This document shows, piece by piece, positions 14,280 through 25,140 of a stretch of 64,000 nt of DNA (positions are counted from its first letter, which is position 1; every line of letters starts with the position of its first letter). The notes below the pieces were generated by a model. The model was not told the DNA's origin, searched no databases, and worked only from the letters and a program-made list of their open reading frames with translations. This stretch comes from Mantamonas sphyraenae STR306 (taxonomy: Eukaryota; Protista; CRuMs): assembly GCA_026936335.1 (NCBI GenBank), contig JAPMXV010000025.1:62001-126000 (forward strand), written 5' to 3'. The translations under genes were made by a program, and so were the position numbers.

Positions 14280-17200
14280 ATGGACGACGAGGAAGAGCGA
14301 GGTGAGCTACCAAACCATGCATAACAATGCACATGGCATGTGGAAATGAAATGAAGCACCAAAATGCACAGACTGACACCTGCGGTGGTGATAGTCCGCA
14401 ATCTGCTTGAGTTGTCGTTGTACGACGCCAACATCACCTCCCTGCAGGACATTGAGCAGTTTGATCTGTGTCTCAACCTGCAGTCGCTCAACCTCCACAG
14501 CAATGCCATCTCTCGCATTGAGAATCTGCAGGCACTTACCGCCCTGCGTGAACTCGTGCGTTTGCTCAGAAATCCTTACAAAGCGGGAAACGACAACTCT
14601 CACACACTCACACACACGCAACGTGCACAGAATCTGTCGTCCAATCTCATCCGTGAAATCGAGGGGTTGGACACTTTGGTCAATCTGGAGGTGCTCAACC
14701 TGTCCAGCAACCGAGTAAGCCGGTGGGCGGAGCAAGCGACAACGGATTTTGGCGCCCTTGCTGACGACCACGCGCTTTCTTGCCCCCACCCTCCCCACAC
14801 ACACACACACACACACAGATCAGCATCCTGGATGGCCTGGACAACCTCAAGTCTCTGCGCCGTCTTGTGCTGTCGTTCAACCACATTGTGTCGCTGTACG
14901 GGATGAGCCAGCTGGAAGGGAGCGAGCTGGAGTACGTGGATCTGCGCGGGAATCGGATTGGCACTCTGAAGGAACTGGGTCACATGGACGGATTGGATGC
15001 ATTGCATGAGATCCACCTTGAGGATGGAAGTGCATCCAATCCCGTGTGTGAACACAGGGACTACCGCGTGTTTTGCTTCTCCACTCTGCCGGCCCTGCGC
15101 AACCTGGATGGCCGTGACCACGCTGGGGATCCACTTGTACAGCAAGTGTCTGTCAGTCACTTGGCCCTGGAACCCTATCTTGAGTTTCTTTCTGTCGACG
15201 AGGTGCTCTCCCCGGCTGGCGGAGATCCGCCGCCTTCGCATGGGTTCCGCGGCCTCTCTGTGGCCCCACCGCCACCACGACAGCGCCATGCACGCATTGA
15301 ACGCCTGCATGGCGGCTACGGTCGCACACGGGATGCGAGTGACGACGACGAGGAGGACCATGACGACGACGACGAGAACGACGATGACAACGCTCCCGCC
15401 GTGGGATCACGTGTTGAACGCGCCCTGGCTCGGTTCAAGGCCCGACGGCAGGAACAGGAAGGAGGGAAGGGGCCCAGAGGAGGAAAGAGGAAATCAGGGA
15501 GAAGCAAACGCAGGGTAGAGGAGGATGAAGATGACGACGAGGAGGAGGAAGAGGAGGATGAGGAACAAGAAAGGAAGCCATCCAAGCAGAAGAAGAACGT
15601 GGAGGTCACGACGCGTGCAGCAGGCCGAAGCGCAGAGAGATGCCACAGCTGAACGACTTCGTGTGGTGGAGTCCATGCTGGAGCAACTGCAGAAGCAGCA
15701 GGCGGAAGCCGCCGCGTTGCAGAAACAATCAACGCAACCAAGCCCGGAGAAGGATCAAGGGGAGAACGACGACGACGAGCAGACGCACAACCAGGAGAAG
15801 GCACACAGCCCACAAGAACGCACACAGAGGGATGCAGATGAGGAAGCACGGCGGGAACTTGCGACACACATCGAGAACAACGCCGAGGCCATTCAGGTGT
15901 TGCAAGAACTGAGCCAGCAGATGGAAGCGATGTCGGAGGAGAAGCAGGAAGAATTCCAGGTGGATGCCAACACACTGGGCACGGGGGTGGAACAGATCAT
16001 CCTCATGGTGTACGGACCAGGAAACGGAGCCAATGTCCTGCAACACCTGCTCGCACACCCTCTGTCTTCAGTGCCGGTGGTGCTCAAGCGACTGCAGCAA
16101 AAGGACAACGAGTGGAGAAAGGTGCAGCAGCAGATGGCCGGTGAGCAAGAGGCACAGACAGCCGGCGGCAGCGGGGGGGAACAGCAGCAGCAGCATCCAA
16201 ATCAGCAAGACTTTCCCACCCTCTGGGGACACGGGGAGGACGACGATGCGGACACAAACACACAGGACATGTCGGCGAGGAAGCACGCTGTGCGTTTGCC
16301 CGAGGTGAAACCCGACTTGAAGCAGATTCAGGATGCACACGCGGCCGCCAAGGGGACGACGTCAAACACGGCAGCCGCAGCCAGTTCAGGGAAGCAGAAG
16401 CAAGAACAGAACGACACGACGACGACAACAACAGCGACAGCACCCAAGAAGGAGCACGTGGAGCAGAAGAACGTGGAAACGGAGCACGGGCAGGGAGACA
16501 ACGCCTATGTGCAGCTAAAGGCACACATGGAAAGCGAGCTGGAGGCGGCGGAGGAGAGGGAACGGGAGCTGTTTGAGGAGTTGACGGCGGAGAGAAAGAG
16601 GAACAGCTTGCTGAGCAGCAGCCACAAGCGGGAGGTGGACTCGTTGAAGGAAAAGATCAAAGAGTTGCACATCCGTGTGGAAGCGTCGTCGGAGCAGGAA
16701 GGCACCGTGGCGTACCTAAAGAGCAGTAACAAGAAGCTGGAACAGGCGGTAGAGGAGGCCGAGTCGCAGATGAGCACGATGCGACATCAGATGAATCTGC
16801 TTCGTGCCAAGGAGAACGAACACAAGGCTGCTCTGGAGCAGTACGAACACACACTGCAGGCAGTGCGCACACGGTCCATGGAAGACACGCGACAGATTGT
16901 GGGCTTGCAACACGAGGTGGACATGCTCAAGAGTCAGGCGCAGGCGGCAACAGACCAAACACAGCAGCTGCGTGAGTTGCTGAAACTCAAGAGCAACGAA
17001 CACCAGCGGGCCATGGAAGAGGTCACACAGTTGCACGAGCTGCAGATGAAACAGGTGCATGCGCAGTGGAAAGACAAGTTGGAGCAGGTGAAGATGGAGG
17101 ACCAAGCGGCGCAGCAGGCCGCATCGGAGCAGGAGGACCAAATGCGAGCAGCTCAACAGTGGCAACATCAAGCAGCGCAGGCACAAGCACAGGCACAGGC

Positions 17201-18464
17201 ACAAGTTCAGGAGCAGGTGCAAGGGTTGGAACGCAAGCACAAGGAGCAGTTGGAAGCGTTCTTAAAGTCGCACGGGGAAAAGACACAGGCATTGGTGGCA
17301 AGCAAACAGGCCAAGGTGGACCGTCTGAAGGAGGCGTACGCAGGGGTCAGCCAGGAGAACGCCAAGTACAAGAAGCTACTGCAGGTGGCCATGGACAAGG
17401 AGAAGCAGAGCAGCGAAATGATACGGGAACTGCAAGCGGTGGTGGAGAGCCAGAAGAGCAAGCTGGGCCAGCTGGTGGCGCACAAGCAGCAGAGTGTGCA
17501 GGTGATGCAACAGCAGAAGCAACAGTTGGAGGCCATGCAGGCAGCGGCATCACACGCAAGCAACGTGACGTATGTGGAGGGGGAGCTGGACAAGCTGCGG
17601 GACACGCTGCAGTTCAAGGATAGGGAGATTCGCAGTTTGCAGAAGCAGCTGGCACAACGTGAGGAAGAGGTGGAACAGGCACAGAGGGTGGCAGACGATG
17701 CCCTGTTGGCATTGGAACAGCACACGGAGCAACAAAAGACGGCCACTGCCACAGCCACAACCACCAGCAACAGCAACAGTGTGGATGCAGAGACAGCACG
17801 AGAGGCAATAAGAGAGGCGGCACAGCTGAGGGAGCAGGTGGTGGACCTGAAGGATCAGCTTGCAGAAGTGGAATTGGAATTGAAGAACAGACGGGCGACA
17901 CACAAGAGTCAGCTGGAGTCGATGGCAGACAGGGTGGCGGCGGAACAGGACGCAAGTGCATCGCTGAGACAGCAAATGGAGGCACAGAGTCAGATCATGC
18001 GGCATCTGGAGTCGCTGGTGGACAACATGCGTGAGGAGGGAGAACGGAAGCACAGGCGGCTGGAGGAGATGGATGCGCTGCTTGCGGACAAGAACAACAC
18101 CATCAAGTATGCCGAGAGTGAGATCAAGAGCATGGAGGCTTTGTACAAAGAGAAACTGGGAGGGTTGGAGGCGCAGTTGGAGCATGCAAAGACGCAGAGT
18201 GCACGTGATTCTGCGATGCTCCAGCAAACCATACGCGAGTTGGGTGAACAGCTGGAGGGTGCACAGGCACGCGCCATGCGGTGTGAGAAGCACAACATGC
18301 AGCTGCTGGCCATGGTGGATGAGAACAAGCAGGCGTTGCAAAACAGCAAACGGGACGCAAAGCTACTTCTGCTTGCGCTGGACAAGCAGAAGAAAGCCAG
18401 CGACGAAAAGATGGCCAAGCTGCATGGGGTGTTTCGTGACGTGGTCAACATCACGCGGGAGTGA
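14280..18464 (+). CDS. LRRCC1: Leucine-rich repeat and coiled-coil centriolar protein (LRRCC1/VFL1-like)
   Basis: SDS22-type LRRs (LNLHSNAISRIENL, NLSSNLIREIEGL), LRRcap NPVCEHRDYR..LPALRNLDG, then a long coiled coil. Several short introns; 1-nt shift at ~15605. Confidence 0.78.
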
Positions 18465-18528
18465 ACGAAACAGACGAATGGAAGGAAGGGTGTCGTTGTG
18501 TTTGTTTGGTTTTGTGGCATGCGATCCA

Positions 18529-19714
18529 TCACAGGCTTGTGAAGCGCTCGGCATCGACTTCGTCGGCAAGACCCTTGCGACGCCGTGTCTTGAGGGTGAG
18601 CTCACGTGCGAGAGCACCGGGCCCAGCAGGCTCGAGGGGCCTGAGCACGACATCCTTGTCCAGGGGATCGCCGGGCACCATGCTCCAGTGGTCAAACACA
18701 GAGGTGGCAAAGGCCTGGCCCTGGGTGTGGGAACGCAGATCGGTCTCAAAGCCAAAGCTGTCCAGGACGGGCACGTAGGCGTGGACAGTGTACAAGGGAG
18801 TGCCGTCCTTGGGAGCGTCGCGTGTCACGTGGCCGCGTCGGCGTCCCAGCACATTGTACACGGCGGACACACAGTCTGCGGGACATTCGATTTCCACAAA
18901 GTAGACGGGCTCCATGAGACGCGGGGTGGCCGTGAGGAAGGAGGCGTAGGTGACACGGCGGGCAGTGGGAATGATGTGGCCGCCTGCACGCATGAGTGGC
19001 TCGTCGGCAATGGTTGCGTCGACAATGCGAAACTTGACATTGCGGATGGGTTCGTCACACAGGGGACCCTCGCGTGTGGCCCATTGGAAGCCCTGCACGG
19101 TGGTGTCCTGCACACTGCGCATCTTTTTGGCAGAGACCTCTCCTGGCAGGGTGTCGTTGATGAGCACGTTTGCACCGTTGCTCTCTGGACCAAAGGCCCA
19201 CACGTTGCCTGCTGCCAGGGCGTCCCACTGGTATCGTTCCTGGAAAAAGTGTTTGACGCGTGCCTTGCCCCACGCGGTGCTGACGGCGCCACTCTCGATG
19301 TCCTCGGCCAGTCCCACTTCCAGGGGCTCTGCAATCATGGACAGCTTGTTGCGCTTGTTGTTGCTCTCTGCGTAACACTTGATGGAGGAGCTGTCCTCCA
19401 CGGTCTCACACAGCTTGACAATGGGGTCTGCCACCTTGATCTCCACCTCGGCGTACAACACACGCAGGTCGTGGAGCACACAGTCCATGTACAGCTCCCC
19501 CGTGCCCAGCACCACATGTTCGCCACTCTCCTCCACCTTGGTCTCCACCAACGGGTAGCTCTTGTTGATCTTTCGCAACGCCTCCAGCACCTTGGGCAGC
19601 TCACTGGGGTTGATGGGTTCGATGGCCACCTTGACCACACTCTTGTTGATGTGTGCCAGCGGACGGAACACTTGCACCTGGTCGTCGTCGTCGTCGCCAC
19701 CCACCCTCTTGCCT

Positions 19715-19745
<31 letters not shown>

Positions 19746-21710
19746 CACTGCCATTGCCCAGCACATTGGTCACCGTGGCTGTCTTGGCAATGCTTGCGTC
19801 GATGCCCTCGATGAGCACCCAGTTGCCTGCGGGCACGTGGGAAATGCCCACCCGGTACCGTGTCTCGTGCACCCAGAGATTGGTCACCTCCTGTTGGGCC
19901 ATGTCTTCGGGGTCTTGGGGCGAGTACGCCTGTCCCAACACCTGCACGCGGTCGCCCACGTGGACGGTGCCACTCATGACACGCCCAAAGGCGTCAAAGC
20001 CCGTGCAGTCTGCCTTTTCAAACATCTTTGTGACCTGGATCATGAGGGGACCACGTGGGTTGCACTCCATCATGGCTTCCGCAATGGATCCATCCAGTGC
20101 GCCCTGGTAGTGTTGTTCCACCTTGGCTGCCCCTCCCTCCTGGGCACTGGGCACATGGTCCACCAGCATGCTCACCAACCCCTGCGTGCCTCCAAAGAAG
20201 CCCGACAGAATGATTTTCAGCAGCGGCGCCGTGTCCATGTTCAGCATGTGCTTCTTGACCAGATCGGGCATCCCCAGCGCCGCCAGGGTCTCCAACACCT
20301 GTTCCGGATCCTCGCCCACCACCTGCGAGTAGAGTTTGTACAGTGGGTTGAGAATAAAGTGCACAAAGGTGCGTGGTGCCGTCATGCTGCCCCCTGCGGG
20401 ACGCTTCTTCCTGAAGCGCCGCGTCTCCTCGTCGAACCACACGTCGCCCCACAGTCGCTTTGCAAACGCATGTGTGTCCCATCCCTCCCCAAACGCACCC
20501 GCATAGATCTGTGCAAACGAGTCCAGGGTGAAGCACCACGCGTGCTTGCCACTCCCAAACGCCACATTGCCTGCGGTGGGCGAGAAGCGCACGTCAAACT
20601 CGGCGGCGATTTCGTTCAGATCCTCCAACATGTGACGCAGCTTGTGGTAGGCATCGTTGGGGGGGATCTTCAGTTCCAGGATGAGTCGATCCATTTTGTT
20701 GAAGAGCACGGTGACGGCCAGCTGGTTGGAGAGGGCATGACGCAGCAGGGCGGCGGTGTGTGTTTGCACCCCTTGGATGGCATCCACCACCAGAATGGCC
20801 CCGTCGGCAAGACGCAGGCTGGCAGTGACTTCGTCGGTAAAGTTGACATGGCCCGGTGTGTCCATGAGGTGCAGGAGGTAGTGTTTGTCGGCCAGAGAGG
20901 GCAGCACGAGGGACATGGGGGCTGCCTTGAGCGACACCTGCCTCTGTTGCTCGTCCACACGATGGTCTGTGTATCCAATGTCTGACGAGGGATCCCACAC
21001 ATGTGGATGGCACTGGGACACAAGCAGGTCCATCAAGGCTGTCTTGCCGTGGTGGAGTGCACCCAGCAGCACCACGTTGCGCACAAACTGCGGATACGCC
21101 ATCAGTGCTGCCATGTAGTCCTTTTCGTACGTCGTCTCTGGTGTCTCCTCTTCCATGGCATGCTGGTTCTTGGTCTTGATGGGCGCAATGATCGCTTCAG
21201 TGATCGGCGCTCGGTCTTCGTCTTCCACCTTGGTTTCCACTCCCGGTCCAAACACCTCCTCCGCCGTGTTGTAGTGCTTCTTGTCCTCCGGCAGAATGAT
21301 GGCCGTGGCTGTGTGTGCGTGTGCGTGTGTGTGTGCGTGGTCCGTCCAGGTGTGTCAGCCTGTGGCCCCCCTTTTTCCCTCCCCTTGGCGACGTGCCAAG
21401 GCAGCAGCGCGCGCATGTTCCGTCGCCAACGCCGCCAGCATGCGCGTCCACTCTACGCCACCCCACGCCCACACATACACATGGTACCCGATGAAGAGGA
21501 GGCGGATGAGGCATCCGCGCCTACTGCGTCGCCGTCCTGCACGTCCATGGCGTCTGCGCCGTCTTCGGTGTCATCCAACCAATTCTGCACCTGCTGGTCG
21601 TCCGCAAACAGGAATCCATCGCCCTCTTCATTCTCCTCATCGCTGCTCCCGTCGTCCTCGGGCCCAATGTAGTTGCCAAACTCGTCGTAGAGGGCGTCGT
21701 CGAGATCCAT
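18529..21710 (-). CDS. EFTUD2: U5 snRNP 116 kDa GTPase Snu114
   Basis: MDLDDALYDEFGNYIGP; GALHHGKT; DTPGHVNFTDE; QGFQWATREGPLCDEPIR; GFETDLRSHTQGQAF; TRRRKGL. One intron at ~21310-21487. Confidence 0.97.
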
Positions 21711-21750
21711 GGTGTGGCGTGGCTTGCGCGTCGCACACGAGCATGTGTGT

Positions 21751-22407
21751 TCACGTCTCCTCCTCCAACAACGCTGCCGCTCGCACAATGCTCAGGTGGG
21801 CAATGGTGTTGTTTGCCACCTGCAGTTGAGTCTCCAGTCTTGCTTTCTCCTCGCTGAAGCTCTCCAGGTCTGTTTGGCATCCGCGGCTGTTGGTGCTTTG
21901 GCTTCTTTCCAGCCGACGCCTTTTGCCTCGTGTCACGCTCACATTGTGGCCCCACGCCTCCTGGAACTCGGCCTCCTCCTCCGATGCCATGGATTTGCGC
22001 TTGTGTAGCGGCGGTTGCTTGGGAGGTAATCTGTGTGTGGAGATCGAGGCGTCCTTGACAGGATGTGACGGGGGTGTACCATCCGCGGATGGGGCAGATG
22101 AAGAGCGATGGGAATGGGTAGTGTGGGTGCTGTGTGTGCGACGCACTGGCTTGCGAAGCAGTCCTTGGAGGTCGAAGGAGGAGGTGAGTGACACCGCGGG
22201 TTTGCTCGAATTGCTTCGCTCGATCTGAGATTCCTGATGTTCCAGCAGTTCCGGAAACACACAGGCAGAGTGATGGACATCGGCGGAGGCAACTTTGCGC
22301 TGCTCCTTACGGCGTTTGTCAAAGAACTGCTGCTGCTTGGAGGTCTCCGTCTGGTTGCGAGCCTGTCGGACGCGATGGGACTGGCCCGTGTTCCAGCGCT
22401 GGATCAT
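21751..22407 (-). CDS. Protein with REDIC1/C12orf40-like N-terminal motif, disordered middle and short coiled coil
   Basis: MIQRWNTGQSHRVRQ..KQQQFFDKRRKEQ resembles the recalled MxWxGGSRxRV..KQKxYFEKxR N-terminus. Confidence 0.45.
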   Translation of the reverse strand: MIQRWNTGQSHRVRQARNQTETSKQQQFFDKRRKEQRKVASADVHHSACVFPELLEHQESQIERSNSSKPAVSLTSSFDLQGLLRKPVRRTHSTHTTHSHRSSSAPSADGTPPSHPVKDASISTHRLPPKQPPLHKRKSMASEEEAEFQEAWGHNVSVTRGKRRRLERSQSTNSRGCQTDLESFSEEKARLETQLQVANNTIAHLSIVRAAALLEEET

Positions 22408-22483
22408 GTGGGCGTTTGGGAGCGCGAGCGCAGGCAGGGTTTCCAAACAGACGCACAACAACGTGGTACACACGCCCGTGGAC

Positions 22484-23149
22484 ATGACAGGCATCATTCC
22501 AGAGGGACATGCACCAGGACTGAGGCAACGGACGGCTGCACGGAGAACGGGGCCGAAGGAGGAGGGCAAGGAAGGGACGCAAGAGCAGGATGGACGTGGC
22601 AACGAGGCTCAAGAGAGCTACGGCAGTCTGGCGGCCACGTTTGTGTCGTGGTTTGCTGGCACACTGCTTCTGCTGCTGCTGCTGGGCATGGTTTCGTACT
22701 GGACGACGGCGACTCTGAGCTTCGGCGTGCTCCAGCCTGCCAAGGGCATGGACAAGACACACGTGGGCTGGCTGCGCAAGGTGGTGCTCCAGTCTGTGCA
22801 GGGGAAGCCCACGCATGTGTTCTCCCTGCAGGAGCTGGCCGAGTACAATGGCTCCGTGTGGTGGAAACCCATCTACATCGCCGTCGACGGCGTCGTGTAC
22901 GACGTGACGGCCGGACGGCGCTTCTACGGCCCTGGTGGCTCCTACCACATCCTTGCAGGCAAGGACTGTACCATGCTTTTCGTCACGGGCGACTACAAGC
23001 AGCTGAACAAACCATACACGGGGTTCGACCGCGGCTCCGAGGGCTTCAAGGGGTTTGCCAGCGTCTATGACGAGCACGACGCCTACTTTGCTGTTGGCGT
23101 GCTGGATGAATTGAAGGAGGAGGGGTTCGTGCGCAACGTGGCTACATAG
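22484..23149 (+). CDS. Membrane-associated progesterone receptor-type cytochrome b5 domain protein (neuferricin/neudesin-like)
   Basis: TM helix followed by FSLQELAEYNG..IYIAVDGVVYDVTAGRRFYGPGGSYHILAGKD. Confidence 0.9.
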   Translation: MTGIIPEGHAPGLRQRTAARRTGPKEEGKEGTQEQDGRGNEAQESYGSLAATFVSWFAGTLLLLLLLGMVSYWTTATLSFGVLQPAKGMDKTHVGWLRKVVLQSVQGKPTHVFSLQELAEYNGSVWWKPIYIAVDGVVYDVTAGRRFYGPGGSYHILAGKDCTMLFVTGDYKQLNKPYTGFDRGSEGFKGFASVYDEHDAYFAVGVLDELKEEGFVRNVAT

Positions 23150-23311
23150 GAAGGTCTGGGGATGAGTGTATGGTATGAATTTTGATTGATGTAGAAATGT
23201 GTGTGGAAAGTGTGTTGTTGTGATTTGGGGTTGAATCAAAAAATGTACATTAAAGGTGGGCACGTGCAATCAGAGTCACTCAGAAAGACATTGGACGCTC
23301 GCATGTCGGCG

Positions 23312-24902
23312 TTACCGGACGGGATCATCCTGTACAGAGAGCAGAGGGACGCGCTGGAAGGTGCTGCCCGGACCGCTGAGCCAGAACCAGATGATGAGGA
23401 CGACGGAGACGGCAATGAGGCTGACGGCTACACTGACGATGACAAGACCGGTGTCGGTGTTGACGAGGCGTGTTTTGAGGACGTGGGAGTCGAGGGCAAA
23501 GGTCTGCTGGGTCATCCAGCCGAGAGGCCATTGGACAGAATAGCCCGGCTGCGTGGTGGTGATGTTGGCCGTCTGCTGGTATCCGTCGTGAAAGAGGGCA
23601 GTTAGGTAGGCAAGGCGGAAACAGTCGTAGCGAGCACCCTCGTCGTCGCTGCGCATGGCGGAGGAGCAGACGCGGACACCGATGGAGGCGGTGACGGGGC
23701 TGCTTGGGTTGCTGGGGCAGCTTGTAGGCGGCCGTAAGGTTGGCCCAGATGGAAATGGCGGAAAAGGAGTGGATTGCAATGTCCTGGGGTTGGGGCACGC
23801 CGTCGAAGCCACAGATGGAATTGGGAGGGAGGGGTTGAGGACACGGGGCGTTGAGGTGCAAGAGGGAGCGACAAAGAGCGTGGCAGGCGTGATAGTCGCC
23901 CGTACCCTTCATGGGAGGCCCACCCTGGATGGGAGTCTGGACATCGCCTGTGAGCAAACAGGGGGAGGTAGTGTTGCCCTGTGCAGCGAGGGTGTGGTGG
24001 AGGGCAACAAAGGCACCGGTGTACCCGTAGGCAGGGTAGGCGTTGGCCCACACATCATACGAGACACCATCCAGGGAGACTTGCATGATGGACGATGATG
24101 ATGATGATGGTGGGTTGTTGTTGTTGTTGTTGTTGGCCACATGGGAGGATGATGATGATGATGGAGGATCCTGAGGACGCATGGCCACCATGGCATTGGA
24201 GGCACGCGTGTCCAGCACGCCCACGGGGGTGACGCTGCTTCCCTTGCTCAGAGCACCCCGACCAATGTTCAGGGCCACCCAACTGTGCAGGGCCTGCTTC
24301 TGTGCTGGCATGACCTGTACCCAGTCGCTGCCGGCCAGGTCGGTGTCAAAGGTGTAGAAGCGGGTGACAAAGTCGCGAATGCTGCTCTGGACCAGGGCCA
24401 GATTGTCGGCGCTGCAGGGGCTGGCGGCAGAGGGCTGGGGCACAGGGTGCAGGGTGTCGTTGAGACAAGTGGGGCTGAGCATAATCCATAGGGGTGCCCG
24501 GTGCACAAAGGCCAGCGGGATGGTCGTTGCGGCGTAGTCGAGATGGGGTCGCAAGATGGAACCGGCGTCGGAGGGATGGGCCAGCAGACGGGCAAAGAGG
24601 TTGGATGCACGATGGCTGCTGCTGCTACTGCCCTCCTTTGGGTCAGGATCCACGTAATGGCCCAGGGTTTCCACGCGGTTGACACTGTGGTTGGCTGTGG
24701 GCCAGCCAAACACAAAAGTTTGGCAGTGGTCGTCGTCGCAGGCCACCACCGCTGCAAACGAGCTGGGTGCGGGCACCTGCACAAAGTACACTGTTACCAT
24801 GACCACAATGGACAGGGCCAGCAGTGTAGGCACGGCACGTGTCACCCAGCGAAGCGAGGAGAATCCATACGAGGACGGCGGCGTGCGGTAGCGCGACTCC
24901 AT
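23312..24902 (-). CDS. GDA1/CD39 (NTPDase/apyrase)-fold protein with N- and C-terminal TM helices; catalytic motifs degenerate
   Basis: WVALN, WANAYPAYG, SPCL..G, GTGDYHAC, CGFDGVPQP, CFRLAYLTALFHDGY and WPLG are CD39 landmarks. 1-nt shift in a C4 run at ~23716. Confidence 0.8.
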
Positions 24903-25140
24903 CGGGGGTGTTTGGGGGGCGTTGGTTGCAATTGAGCGTGGAACGTGGCGCTCACCACCGAGAACAACGCCCAGAAACAGATGGAATGGTCACCACCAAG
25001 ACATGATATCACTCATCTGTGGGTTCTTTGTTGTGATCACAGGGATGTTCACCCGGTCCGTGTGGCTGTGCTCCCAGCCGCCTGACGTTTGCAGTTCCAT
25101 GCTGCAGGGGAAAGGGGGCTGAGTGGGTGAGGGGGTGGGT

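Noticed and set aside
18031-20985. 984-aa plus-strand ORF and other long antisense ORFs (2889-4130, 29890-31221, 47325-48866, 54770-56332, 62224-63924)
   Set aside because: These are shadows of real genes on the opposite strand, caused by GC-rich codon bias.
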